Translations under genes and position numbers: made by a program
Part shown: piece after piece, positions 1 through 10,576 of the stretch
Layout of the letters: each line of letters starts with the position of its first letter
How positions within the stretch are numbered: the stretch's first letter is position 1
The notes under the pieces: model-generated
What the model saw: the letters and a program-made list of their open reading frames with translations, nothing else
Database searches by the model: none
Told to the model about the DNA's origin: nothing
Virus record (IMG/VR): IMGVR_UViG_3300032241_002567
Location: 64,001-128,000 of that record
DNA from: a virus
Reading direction: 5' to 3' (one strand)
Length of the DNA stretch: 64,000 nt

Positions 1-4
1 AGAT

Positions 5-541
5 TTGACTTTTCAACAGGGTATGTATTTAACAGTAAATAAGGAATGCTCTTGTAAAAATGAAGTGCAAATTGAGTTGAAACCAGCACATTTTCAATAT
101 TTTCAATTAAATCATACTATGGAAAAATATTTTGATGTATATAGTAGAAGTTTTGTATTTGATTATAAAGGACGAGAGTTTAAATTAACTATGCCAAATA
201 TTGGTATTCAAAAATCTTTTACTGAGTATATTACAGAAGAAGTAAACCAAAAGAAGGATCCTAATTTAAGTTTCTTAAAGATTATGCCTTTCTTACTTGG
301 TGAAAGAAATAATATTGATAAAAAAGAAATCAAAGATCTTTTAAAAACTTTTCAAGATTTGTCTGTGGATTCTTTTCAATTTTTAAATTCAGCAATTAAT
401 CATATGAAATTTGGAATTGAAAAATTAAGAAAAATTTGTAGTGCGTGTGGTAAAGAGGTCCACACAGATATGACATTTCCCAACGGAGCGTCAGGTATTT
501 TCGTTATTCATGATGCCTTTGAGAGATATCTTGAAGAATAA
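5..541 (+). CDS. Baseplate hub assembly protein (T4 gp26-like), probably 5'-truncated by the window edge
   Basis: C-terminal CxxC (CSAC) followed by FPNGASGIF; directly upstream of a gp51-like ORF, as in T4-like phages. Confidence 0.5.
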   Translation: MTFQQGMYLTVNKECSCKNEVQIELKPAHFQYFQLNHTMEKYFDVYSRSFVFDYKGREFKLTMPNIGIQKSFTEYITEEVNQKKDPNLSFLKIMPFLLGERNNIDKKEIKDLLKTFQDLSVDSFQFLNSAINHMKFGIEKLRKICSACGKEVHTDMTFPNGASGIFVIHDAFERYLEE

Positions 542-764
542 ATTATTACTTCAAGAAAATTTTCATACTAGCGAAACTTCTATGGACGATTGGGCTTTTT
601 GGCAATTTGAAGAAAATATTAAAATAGCTAATTCTATTATAGAGGAAAAAGAAAAAGCTAGAAAGAAAGATGAAGATGAACAAAGAAAGAATATGCCAAG
701 CATGCCAAGCATGAGCGGTATGAATAATAATATGTCTAACATGATGAATAAATTTAAAAAGTAA
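510..764 (+). CDS. Baseplate hub assembly chaperone (T4 gp51-like)
   Basis: LLQENFHTSETSMDDWAFWQFE pattern resembles small gp51-like proteins; Met/Asn-rich tail. Confidence 0.45.
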   Translation: MMPLRDILKNKLLLQENFHTSETSMDDWAFWQFEENIKIANSIIEEKEKARKKDEDEQRKNMPSMPSMSGMNNNMSNMMNKFKK

Positions 765-784
765 CCAAATTTGGTTACTTTTTT
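756..784. terminator. Palindromic intrinsic terminator
   Basis: aaaaagtaaccaaa/tttggttacttttt inverted repeat overlapping the stop codon of 510..764. Confidence 0.7.
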
Positions 785-1047
785 ATCTATAATAGATAGG
801 ATAAGGTTTTTAAAAGTTTATTTGCTAACTTAGCACTATATTTTAAGTCAATATGGATGTTTTTAATATCATTTTATTTTGTTGATAATATCATGCATCT
901 TGTTTATACACTCTTCTATTTCTGATAACATATTATATAAAAATATTTTATATTCATAAATTAAAAAAAGTTGATATGTAATATAAAATTTTTTATATAT
1001 AACTTATAACTAGAAATATCTAGTAATAAAAAATAATTATAAAAATT

Positions 1048-1662
1048 ATGCCATTACCACATTATAATAATTTAGATATCACAGGAGCGCCAGGTGGTCC
1101 AGGAACTACTCCGCAAGAACCTGTATTTTTAAACCTATTTGAGATTGGGTTTGTTTTACCGACAATTTTACAAAATCAAGGTCGTAGCACATTCTTATTA
1201 CTTGAACAAGCTACAAATGTAACTTTAAATTTAAGTCCTGAAATTGCACAAGCTTCACAACGTTTTAAATATTCAACAAGAGTATTCTTAAAAACTCCTG
1301 ATAAAACTGATACAGAATTTACAATAAAATTTAATGTGAATGTTAATAATTCTGGAGCTATGGAAGTTTGGAATACTTTAAAAGCTTGGTATGATTTGGC
1401 TTGGAACTCTCAAACTGGTGCATTACATTATAAAGCCGATACAATTGGAACTGTAATAGTAAACGAACATGATAAAAAAGGTTTAGTTTTAAGAAGAGTT
1501 CAATATGTTAATGCACAATTAGCTAGTTTATCTACGACAGATTTAAATTGGGAAACAAATGATATTTGGAGTTGTGAAGCTAAATTTGTGGCTGATTACT
1601 GGCTTGACGATTATATTGATAATGGTGTTACACTTACAAATCCTTATATATCTGGATATTAA
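1048..1662 (+). CDS. Tail tube protein (T4 gp19-like)
   Basis: About 200 aa; EPVFLNLFEI, LKAWYDL, YKAD and terminal FVADYW fit the gp19 tube family. Confidence 0.7.
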   Translation: MPLPHYNNLDITGAPGGPGTTPQEPVFLNLFEIGFVLPTILQNQGRSTFLLLEQATNVTLNLSPEIAQASQRFKYSTRVFLKTPDKTDTEFTIKFNVNVNNSGAMEVWNTLKAWYDLAWNSQTGALHYKADTIGTVIVNEHDKKGLVLRRVQYVNAQLASLSTTDLNWETNDIWSCEAKFVADYWLDDYIDNGVTLTNPYISGY

Positions 1663-1696
1663 AAAAAAGAAGAACTTAAATAAGTTCTTCTTTTTT
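1663..1696. terminator. Intrinsic terminator
   Basis: aaaaaagaagaactta-aa-taagttcttctttttt. Confidence 0.7.
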
Positions 1697-1755
1697 ATAT
1701 ATACTATAATTATTGGTATCTTTCTATTTAGAAATAACATTACATAACATTAAAT

Positions 1756-2364
1756 ATGCAACGTACAAAAGAACAAAGATTCTTAAAATATATACTTTTT
1801 AAAGAATCTTTTGATTTAGATAAATTGAAATTAAGTATTTTATCCGGAAATCCTGATAAAAAATTATTATATTCAAATCCAAAATATTTAAAACAAAGAA
1901 CTTATCCTGCAGTAGATTTAGAAAACCAACTTGGATTTAATGGCATCTCACAAGAATATAAAATGCCATTTGGTTTAACTAATATTGAAACAGAAAATAT
2001 TGCTATAATTTTTCAAAAAGATGAAGATGTTATTAAATTTTTATATTATCAAATGAAGAAATTAAATCCAGAACTTCCTGATGTATATAATACAGAAAAA
2101 ATGTATGATGTAATAGGTGGTGCTTTTTCTAAATATAATTCAGATGATATTAAAGATTATATTGAAAATTATATTGAAAATGAATATAAAATAGATAAAG
2201 AAAGTAGCACAATGGATTTAAGAAGATTATTTAATAGAAAAAATGATAAAATCGCCTATGATTTAATGTGGAATAAAATTGCAGATTTAGGACTTAAACC
2301 CAATTGGTTCCCTTCTATTAAAACTCTTAATTATATTTATCAAAAATTAAAGCAAACTATTTAG
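1756..2364 (+). CDS. Hypothetical protein with an offset capsid-tag-like motif (RFLKYILFKES)
   Basis: 202-aa ORF with phage-typical codon usage; no family recognised. Confidence 0.6.
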   Translation: MQRTKEQRFLKYILFKESFDLDKLKLSILSGNPDKKLLYSNPKYLKQRTYPAVDLENQLGFNGISQEYKMPFGLTNIETENIAIIFQKDEDVIKFLYYQMKKLNPELPDVYNTEKMYDVIGGAFSKYNSDDIKDYIENYIENEYKIDKESSTMDLRRLFNRKNDKIAYDLMWNKIADLGLKPNWFPSIKTLNYIYQKLKQTI

Positions 2365-2369
2365 AAAAA

Positions 2370-2530
2370 ACCCCCTTATTGTATTTAATATCATTCTTTT
2401 TACAATAATTATAAATTTTCCTCAACAACAATTGAAAAGAATAGTTAATTCTTTCATATTCAATCCGCTATTAATTTTTTCAACTAATTCATTTTTACTT
2501 CTTTTTGGACGATTTTGAATTATTAACTTA
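2370..2530 (-). pseudogene. Decayed HTH-like fragment, possibly an endonuclease remnant
   Basis: Minus strand reads QNRPKRSKNELVEKINSGLNMKELTILFNCC, then a stop/frameshift, then KIYNYCKKNDIKY. Confidence 0.3.
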
Positions 2531-2590
2531 CAAAACTTTTCGCTGTATGTTTCGTATAATATAAATTAAAATAATTCTGTCCCTATACAC

Positions 2591-3691
2591 ATGAGTAAAA
2601 TATTATTAATTGGTGATTGTCACCTAGGATTAGGCTTTCCCAATAAAACTGAACACTTTTTTAAAGTATCAAAAGATTATTTTGAGAATTTTTTATTTCC
2701 TATTATTGAAACAAAATTAACTAAGGATGACATAATCGTTCAATTAGGTGATCTATTTGATAATAGAAATATCGTTCCTATAAATATATTAAATTATGCG
2801 CAAAATATAATAGAAAGAATGTCTAAAATATGTCAAGTACATATTTTAATCGGTAATCATGATATTTATAATAAATCAGATAATAACATAAATTCCTTAA
2901 AACCCTTTAACTACATACCTAATGTATTTGTATATGAAACTCCAACAAAAATTTTATTTAATAATAAACAAATACTAATGATGCCTTGGATAGAAGATAA
3001 AAAAGAACAGATAAATATACTTAAAAAATATTCTGGTTGTGATTATCTTTTTTGTCATTCTGATTTAAATGGTGCTAAAATGCACTTAACTTCCGTGGCG
3101 CATAGAAACTCTGATAAAATCGATATTGAAGAATTTAGTGGATATGGTAAAGTCATGAGCGCACATATACATTTAGTACAAAAAAATAAAAATTTCACCT
3201 TTGTTGGCTCTATTCATGAGATGGATAGAAATGATATTGATAATCAAAAAGGTATATTTGTATTAGATACTAATAAGGAGACAGAAATATTTATTCCTAA
3301 TAATATTTCTCCAAAATTCAAAAAAGTTTATGTGAATAAGGAAGAAGATGTAGAATTATTAAATGAAGGAATGACAAAAGATTGGATTGATTTATTTGTA
3401 TCGAATAGTTTATTAGTAAATAATAGAAAGTTAAGAAGAAAAATGGAATCTATATTACAAACAGGTTCATTTGCTTCTGTAGAATATATTGATGATATTT
3501 CTTCTGATGAAGAAGCAAAAGAAGATGAATTAATTAATGAATCTTTATCTATTAATTTGGATTATAGTGAATATATAAAAAATTATATAAATTCAAATAC
3601 TTATGAATCTGATAAAATAAAAAGTGGTATTTTATCGGAATTTGAAACTATTATAGAAATTTACAAGGAATCTAAAAAGAAATTGGATTAA
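2591..3691 (+). CDS. SbcD/Mre11-family recombination nuclease (T4 gp47-like)
   Basis: Metallophosphoesterase motifs GDCHLG, LGDLFD, GNHD, CH, SAHIH. Confidence 0.9.
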   Translation: MSKILLIGDCHLGLGFPNKTEHFFKVSKDYFENFLFPIIETKLTKDDIIVQLGDLFDNRNIVPINILNYAQNIIERMSKICQVHILIGNHDIYNKSDNNINSLKPFNYIPNVFVYETPTKILFNNKQILMMPWIEDKKEQINILKKYSGCDYLFCHSDLNGAKMHLTSVAHRNSDKIDIEEFSGYGKVMSAHIHLVQKNKNFTFVGSIHEMDRNDIDNQKGIFVLDTNKETEIFIPNNISPKFKKVYVNKEEDVELLNEGMTKDWIDLFVSNSLLVNNRKLRRKMESILQTGSFASVEYIDDISSDEEAKEDELINESLSINLDYSEYIKNYINSNTYESDKIKSGILSEFETIIEIYKESKKKLD

Positions 3692-3716
3692 TTTAATATA
3701 TAAAATAAAAAATTTT

Positions 3717-3863
3717 ATGTTAAAAACTATAATTGGAATTGCATTATTAATATCTGTTGGTTCTGGGTTTGCTTTTCGCAAATTTTGGTCAAAAGGTTAC
3801 AATGCTATTATCCTTGGTGTAATAACACTTGCTTTAATTCTTGCTTTATTTTTTATTAAGTAA
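3717..3863 (+). CDS. Small two-TM membrane protein (48 aa), absent from the ORF track
   Basis: MLKTIIGIALLISVGSGFAFRKFWSKGYNAIILGVITLALILALFFIK; own TAATATATA promoter at 3694-3702. Confidence 0.7.
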   Translation: MLKTIIGIALLISVGSGFAFRKFWSKGYNAIILGVITLALILALFFIK

Positions 3864-4688
3864 TTAAATTATTATTTGTATCTGATTTGTATAAAATACC
3901 GCAATAATATCTGGTATTTTAACATCTATATCAGCAAATCTATCAATTTTACCAGTGATATAAAAGGCATCATATCCATCTGATATTAATTTTAGACGTA
4001 AATTATTAAAATAATTTACGTCTTTTGCATGTGAAATTCTGATTGCATCCCATTTATTGCTAGAAATTATATAAGGATTTTTATAAGTTAATTTTGCTGA
4101 AATTATTTTATTTCCGAAATACTGTGTATAATCTTTATCTTTTGTAAACCAAATACCCAATTTAGAAGTTGGTTTTGTTGTATCATTTGGTTCTTTAAAT
4201 TCTGAGAATTCGGCATCAGTTCCATGATACCAAACTTCTTCATTTAATTCTTCATTTAAAATTTGAAGTTTATCAGTTGTATCAAATAATTTATCTAATA
4301 ATTTTATTTTATCATTAACATCAAAAAATGTGGTTATATTATCTGTTAAAGTTTCTGTATTATTATTTTTAAAAAAATATAAATCATTATAATTTTTAAC
4401 ACCATTATAATTATACCCATCATAATATTTATTATTATTTTTAATAAAAGAATGATATGGAGCCATTAGCATTTCTGATTCAGGAAATAACCATTTTATA
4501 AAAATTGTTACATCATTACAATATCCGTCTATTAAAGATATTCTTGTTATTTTTAAATTTTTTTCGTAGGCTGCATATCTATAAGCATTATTAAGAAATA
4601 TTTGAAAATCTTTATTTGTTGGTAAATTTTTAAGTATTTTACTAATTTTATTATTAGAGAAATTTTCAAATAATTTTAGGTATTTCAT
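3864..4688 (-). CDS. Putative virion-packaged ADP-ribosyltransferase-like protein (ART-PolyVal-type C-terminal domain)
   Basis: N-terminal tag MKYLKLFENF; linker ILNEELNEE; then WYHGT..F..F, GIWFT, KNPY and GYDA motifs. Confidence 0.6.
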   Translation of the reverse strand: MKYLKLFENFSNNKISKILKNLPTNKDFQIFLNNAYRYAAYEKNLKITRISLIDGYCNDVTIFIKWLFPESEMLMAPYHSFIKNNNKYYDGYNYNGVKNYNDLYFFKNNNTETLTDNITTFFDVNDKIKLLDKLFDTTDKLQILNEELNEEVWYHGTDAEFSEFKEPNDTTKPTSKLGIWFTKDKDYTQYFGNKIISAKLTYKNPYIISSNKWDAIRISHAKDVNYFNNLRLKLISDGYDAFYITGKIDRFADIDVKIPDIIAVFYTNQIQIII

Positions 4689-4736
4689 ATTTTATATATT
4701 TATTCTAACAAATCTTATTTATTTAATATATAATAT

Positions 4737-7700
4737 ATGAATAATTTGTTATGGTTTAATTCTCAAGGAGATGCTCTCAATTTACCACCTGATCCTAATA
4801 CAGGGATTTATACAGGTACATTATTTTTTGAAGAAAATAGCTCCGATACATATAAGACGATTGGTTTATATCTTTTTGAATCAGTACCATCTGTATCTTT
4901 ACAATCTATAAATGGTGATTTAAGTACCCAAAAATTTCAATTATTTAATGAAAATCGTTTTACTATAACAGGTAATTCATTCTTCACACAAAGTGTTATA
5001 TCAATACAAGCATCTAATAATCGTCCAGATTTTTATTCAAAATGGATTTATGGAAATAATTTTGATACTATGTATCCAGTTGGTTCTTCTATTCAATTCA
5101 GCAAACCTGTTTTTGAATTTGTTAATCCTTTAGAAACTTACACGGTAACTAGTGTTCAAAAAGATGCTATAATGATTATAAGTTCAACTGATAATAAAAG
5201 TTTTACTACATTATATTCAAGTTTAACTTTTTCAAATGTTTATATAAGTGGTGTAAATACTATCGGTATTTATGATTATAGAAGAGGATTTATAGATGAA
5301 CTTTCTACTTGGAATGAGCAAAAGTTTTATAATTTAGTTTATAATGGTAAAAAACTAACAATAGTAAATTCAACAGCTAGTTCTGATACACTTATAAAAA
5401 GTAGCGATAATAATCAGATAGTAACTATTCAAAATAGCACTTTGCTTGATAGGAAGTATTGGAAATATAATATAAATGCGCTTAGTTATACACAAAGTAT
5501 AGATTTGAATGTTACATTAACTTTAACAGGTGATTTACCTTCTGTGTATAATGGTAGAATTACTTTAACTGGTAGTTCGGTTTATTTTAGTAATCCAATT
5601 CCTCAAACTATTTTTAAACCAGGAATTCAATTTACTATTGCAAATAGTCTTTATAATTCTAATGAAATTACAGTTGCTTCAATACCTAATTTTATAACAA
5701 CTAATGTTTTAACTTATTATGCAACTCAATCACAAACTATTTGGAATAATTTGATTTATCAATGTCTGCAATCTTATACATGGACAGCAACTTCAAGTAT
5801 AAATCCAGATAATAGTAATTATTGGACTAGTTCTATTACATATTTACCATCTCAAAATGCTTTAATTTATGAGGATATTTTAAATACTCAAGTACATTTA
5901 GTAAATAATGTTTTTAATTATATACAAGCTTATACACAAAGCAATGCTGTGACTATGGCATCATTTGCTCAAAATTATAGTTCTACTTTTGAGATTTTTG
6001 ATATTAATTTATACTATCAAAATAATCAGCTTAATTCAGATTTAATTTGGAGTTCGAATTATGCTCAGGTAGATTATAAAATAGGCACACAATCCATTAC
6101 TAATATAGATGTAGTTTCCGAATTTATATTTTCTACAAATGAAATTTTAACTCCACAAATTAATACTAATATTTCTGAAAATTTCAATTATTCAATAGTA
6201 ATTAGTTCAATTGATGAATTTGGAATTAGATTTAACATAAATGGTCAGATATATTCTGAAAATACTGAATGGGTTTATAATGGATTAGATGTTGATCAAA
6301 GGAAAACTATTGATTTGACACTTCGAAATTTTGTATTTAATAATTTTGCTACATTAGCATCATTAGGTGTAAATATAATTTTAGATTCTTATATCTATGA
6401 AGCAGAATTTGATTTTTATAAAGATACAATTTCATTTCAAACAATTTATCCTAATGTTCCATTTAATGTATCTGTAAAATTAGGTTCGTTAGCTAATTAT
6501 TATGTTAAAAATAAACAAATAATTTTTAATGATTTAGGAAGCTATTTAAGTATAAATATTAATAATAAAACTTATGGACAAGTTGTAACTTCAGCAACTT
6601 CAAGTTATTTTAGTCCTGATATAGCAACATCGTTAACAAAATGGGTTTCTAACAACTATTCTACTTTAAGAGGTTATGGTATAATTGTTTCTAATATAAG
6701 AAATATTTTATACTTAAATACGGTAGATGCTACAACAATATTAAATTTAAATATAACAACTAATAAATCTTCAACGCCTGGTATAAGTCAATGGGTAATA
6801 AAAGATTTTACACCCGGTAATTTTGGAATTTTAATTGCTGGTAATGAAGTTGTATTAGCAGCAACAAGTAGTCAAAGTTTTGAATTTTCTAATTTTGCCA
6901 CTGGCATGGTAATGTCAGTAAACAATACTCCATTTCCTTATAATAATCAAGAATATGGTCTTATATATGTAGATACTAATCAAGTTGGATTGAGCTATCA
7001 AGGTCCATTTTTTGCAGAAACTTTAAATGAATGTACTCTTTCGTCCTTTACAACTTTAGCTTTTTCACCTTTATGGTATGACGTTGAAACATGCCCTCCA
7101 GCTATATCTATTACAGGAAGTTCTGGTGCATATGACACTAATATGTATGGTAATGGGTTTCAAATAAATTATATTTTCACAAACAGTTATGATGTTTTAA
7201 CTTATGATTCTCAAAATTCAAATGTTAAAGATTTAATTTATTTGAATCAATATGATTCAATTTATATTGGAGGTGAAAATATAACAGTAGTAACAGCTGA
7301 TACATTATCTTACATTACTACTATTAATTTACCAACGTCTGGTATTATAAGATTAATTTATAATAGTTTTAACAATTATATTTATGCATTAACTAATACA
7401 AATATTTTAATTATTGATCCAGCTTCTAATTCTTATGTAACTACTATTAACATAATTCCATTTGATATTTTAGTTAATCAGTCAAATGGTGATGTTTACA
7501 TCACCGACGGTAGTAGTAGTTTGTCTATTTTTTATTCAAATAACTTTACACCAACGGCAAATGTTATAATAACATTATCCGGAGCAGGCAAAATTGAATA
7601 TAATATAGTTGACGAGTTTATTTATGTAATAGGAAATTCTTTATATCAAATTAATGCAACCTTTAGAACACTAGAGTCAACTATTGCGATATTAAATCCA

Positions 7701-10541
7701 GATAATAATTATATATTTACAGAACCAGAATATGGTTCAGTTTATATATGGGGTAATTTATCTGCTGGAATTAGTAATACACTTTTTAAATATTTGAATG
7801 GTATAATAACAAGTATTTCATTAACAAATTCAGGTAATAATAAATTAATTTATGATAATTTTACAGGAGATTTATTTTTGTCACAACAAACAGGAAATAA
7901 ATTTAGTAGAATAACTTCAAATGATGTAATAGTTTACACACAAGTTATAGATTATGGTGATTTTGTAATTAGTCAATTTGATGGAGATATTTATTTAATA
8001 TCAAATAGTGGATGTTTATATGTTATTGATTCTAATACTGGTTTTGTAAAGTATAATAATACAACTTCGCCATTTGGTGTAGTTTCATATAAATTAATAT
8101 ATGATCCTGAAAGGGAAAGTATAATTATAGGACAGTATTCTGGTAATTTAATGGAAATTCAAGTTGAATTAAATTCTTCTATAACTTTAGCTTTTAGTCA
8201 TTCAACTGTTCAATCTATAAATGATGGCTATTACGGCACATTAAATTCATCTTATGAGCCTATTAATGATATATGGCTGAAAACTAGACAATATTTAAGA
8301 GATCCAAGATATAATTATAGCAATTCGGGTGAATTACCAGCACAATTTGTTTATAAATTTATTGATGACCAAACTCCACAAATTTTTATGTATGACGTTT
8401 CGGGAAATCAATTATTAACAGGAACTTCATATTCTTATATTGGTCCTAAACCATTAGAAAATGCTGTTCTAAATTCCTCGCCAAATATGGATTTATCTTT
8501 AGTTAGCGATCCGACAGCTCAACAAACTATTTTCTCAGAAATTAAATATACATTAGATTATTTGGATTCATCAACAGATATTTCTTTATTACCAACTCCA
8601 TTAGAATTGTTTTTAGGTTATAATAATATAAATGAAGGTTATGATACAACTACATTAAAAATGTATATGAGATGGGATGTTTCTTTAACGATAAATTATA
8701 ACAGTATTTTATCCAATGACATCACATTTACAGATAAGGGAACTTCTTCAACATATCCAAATGGTTACGGTTACATTACATTCGATATAAATTCAACTGA
8801 ATCATTTTTATATAAAAGCGATGGAAGTGTTACAGGTTTACAAGCTGGGCAAAGTATTCAATTAAGTGTTACAGATGTAACTAATTTAAATAATAAATAT
8901 TTGTCTATGAATAATGGACAACAATTTATTATTGATTCAATTTCTAATAACCAAATAGTTGTAGAATATATTATAAATAGTTATGGTTATAAGTCATATT
9001 TAACTGATGAAAATACAATTATAACAAATTATCCACAATCAGGTGGTGAAACTTATTTACAAGTAACTTTTACAACAATAGATAGAGAAGTTGCTTCTAT
9101 GAAATTATATGGACAAACAGAAATAGAAGATGTAAGATATGCTATTGAATTATATAATTCCGGAGGACATGTTATAAATCCAGAGGATGCTTTTATTTTT
9201 AAAACTTATGATATAAATGAAGGTGGTGTTGATTGGAGATTTCTTAATAAGAAAAGAAAAGAAATGTTAATTGTTAGAAATCAAATATTTCCTTATGTTG
9301 GTTCTTATAGAGCTATAATAAATGCAATAAATTATTTTGGTTACAATGATTTAGTTTTAAATGAATACTATAGAAATATAAATATTAATTCTCCTAATTT
9401 TTATAAATTATTTAAGGTACAAATACCTGATATTTTCCAAAATAATACAGGTTTCACAGTTATGGATTATATAGCAGATACTATGCCTAATCCAAATTTT
9501 GAAGAAACTAATCTATTAAATTTAACCTTTCCTATTACAGATTTTTACGGTAATTGGATTCTTTTATATTCATTAGACGAAATAATAATTAAATTACAAG
9601 GTTTGAAAAATTGGTTAGAAGCACACGTTATACCAATTCAATTTAGAATTTTAGATATTTCAGGAGATGCTCATTTTCCAGCTCCGGTTTCAATAATTCA
9701 TAAACCATTTTCTAAAAAGACATTTAAAGTTTCACAAACTATGACTCCAATTGATTTTGATATGAATGAAGCATATTTGATGCCAGTAAATAGTGGTTCA
9801 ACTGTTTACAATGCTGTGATTGATTTTAAGTGTTCTAAAACTCAATTAGATAAAGTCCCAAACTACTTTACTATTTTAATAAGAACTTATAAAACATATA
9901 AAGAATGGGATCCATTTATCATCTATAGTATAGGAGACGAAGTTACATATTACGGAAAAATTTATGAATCTGCTATAAATAATAATAAATTAAATAATCC
10001 TACACAATACGATTATGTAAATCAATGGTATGCAACTACTGAATATTTTAATGGACAGTTAGTTAATTATAATAATCATATATATGAATATTTAGGAACA
10101 GAATCTTCTTTTATAGTTTTTGCAACACAATCTTCTTCCGGAACATATTCAATACCAACACCTTATCAAAGTTCATTATGGTTAGATATAAGTCAATGGA
10201 TTCAACAGGATTTAGTTCCAGTTCAAACTATATTTGAATATAGAAATGTGGATATTAATTCTCTAACTTATTCAGAGTCAACTTATAAACCTTTATTTTA
10301 TCCTAATAATCCACCAGAATTGTTAACTATACAAGTTTCTAAACCTTTCAATTTTAGTGTTGATTCTAATATAGATCCATTTATTACAATAGAAGTAACA
10401 TCAGATAATGGTTATGGATTAACCTATACTTATAAAAAGAATTATGAAATTAGAGGTCTAAACGATTTATCTTCAGGAATACAACCAACTGATTCAATAG
10501 GGCCTTTTACACCAATTAATCCAATCACTAATCATATATAA
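4737..10541 (+). CDS. Large baseplate/tail structural protein (1934 aa)
   Basis: Beta-rich; YVTN-like propeller repeats (YNSFNNYIYA, YDNFTGDLFL, YDPERESIII); CBM-like W...Y..G..V.Y motifs; baseplate-wedge-like GSYRAIINAINYFGY; late promoter at 4724-4732. Confidence 0.65.
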   Translation: MNNLLWFNSQGDALNLPPDPNTGIYTGTLFFEENSSDTYKTIGLYLFESVPSVSLQSINGDLSTQKFQLFNENRFTITGNSFFTQSVISIQASNNRPDFYSKWIYGNNFDTMYPVGSSIQFSKPVFEFVNPLETYTVTSVQKDAIMIISSTDNKSFTTLYSSLTFSNVYISGVNTIGIYDYRRGFIDELSTWNEQKFYNLVYNGKKLTIVNSTASSDTLIKSSDNNQIVTIQNSTLLDRKYWKYNINALSYTQSIDLNVTLTLTGDLPSVYNGRITLTGSSVYFSNPIPQTIFKPGIQFTIANSLYNSNEITVASIPNFITTNVLTYYATQSQTIWNNLIYQCLQSYTWTATSSINPDNSNYWTSSITYLPSQNALIYEDILNTQVHLVNNVFNYIQAYTQSNAVTMASFAQNYSSTFEIFDINLYYQNNQLNSDLIWSSNYAQVDYKIGTQSITNIDVVSEFIFSTNEILTPQINTNISENFNYSIVISSIDEFGIRFNINGQIYSENTEWVYNGLDVDQRKTIDLTLRNFVFNNFATLASLGVNIILDSYIYEAEFDFYKDTISFQTIYPNVPFNVSVKLGSLANYYVKNKQIIFNDLGSYLSININNKTYGQVVTSATSSYFSPDIATSLTKWVSNNYSTLRGYGIIVSNIRNILYLNTVDATTILNLNITTNKSSTPGISQWVIKDFTPGNFGILIAGNEVVLAATSSQSFEFSNFATGMVMSVNNTPFPYNNQEYGLIYVDTNQVGLSYQGPFFAETLNECTLSSFTTLAFSPLWYDVETCPPAISITGSSGAYDTNMYGNGFQINYIFTNSYDVLTYDSQNSNVKDLIYLNQYDSIYIGGENITVVTADTLSYITTINLPTSGIIRLIYNSFNNYIYALTNTNILIIDPASNSYVTTINIIPFDILVNQSNGDVYITDGSSSLSIFYSNNFTPTANVIITLSGAGKIEYNIVDEFIYVIGNSLYQINATFRTLESTIAILNPDNNYIFTEPEYGSVYIWGNLSAGISNTLFKYLNGIITSISLTNSGNNKLIYDNFTGDLFLSQQTGNKFSRITSNDVIVYTQVIDYGDFVISQFDGDIYLISNSGCLYVIDSNTGFVKYNNTTSPFGVVSYKLIYDPERESIIIGQYSGNLMEIQVELNSSITLAFSHSTVQSINDGYYGTLNSSYEPINDIWLKTRQYLRDPRYNYSNSGELPAQFVYKFIDDQTPQIFMYDVSGNQLLTGTSYSYIGPKPLENAVLNSSPNMDLSLVSDPTAQQTIFSEIKYTLDYLDSSTDISLLPTPLELFLGYNNINEGYDTTTLKMYMRWDVSLTINYNSILSNDITFTDKGTSSTYPNGYGYITFDINSTESFLYKSDGSVTGLQAGQSIQLSVTDVTNLNNKYLSMNNGQQFIIDSISNNQIVVEYIINSYGYKSYLTDENTIITNYPQSGGETYLQVTFTTIDREVASMKLYGQTEIEDVRYAIELYNSGGHVINPEDAFIFKTYDINEGGVDWRFLNKKRKEMLIVRNQIFPYVGSYRAIINAINYFGYNDLVLNEYYRNININSPNFYKLFKVQIPDIFQNNTGFTVMDYIADTMPNPNFEETNLLNLTFPITDFYGNWILLYSLDEIIIKLQGLKNWLEAHVIPIQFRILDISGDAHFPAPVSIIHKPFSKKTFKVSQTMTPIDFDMNEAYLMPVNSGSTVYNAVIDFKCSKTQLDKVPNYFTILIRTYKTYKEWDPFIIYSIGDEVTYYGKIYESAINNNKLNNPTQYDYVNQWYATTEYFNGQLVNYNNHIYEYLGTESSFIVFATQSSSGTYSIPTPYQSSLWLDISQWIQQDLVPVQTIFEYRNVDINSLTYSESTYKPLFYPNNPPELLTIQVSKPFNFSVDSNIDPFITIEVTSDNGYGLTYTYKKNYEIRGLNDLSSGIQPTDSIGPFTPINPITNHI

Positions 10542-10576
10542 TTAAAAAACCTCTCAAATTGAGAGGTTTTTTAATT
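10540..10576. terminator. Bidirectional terminator between convergent genes
   Basis: aattaaaaaacctctcaa-a-ttgagaggttttttaatt, 18-bp arms. Confidence 0.8.

Noticed and set aside
788-931. Small minus-strand ORF MLSEIEECINKMHDIINKIK with a possible frameshifted continuation
   Set aside because: Only 20 codons and no recognisable motif; at most a gene relic
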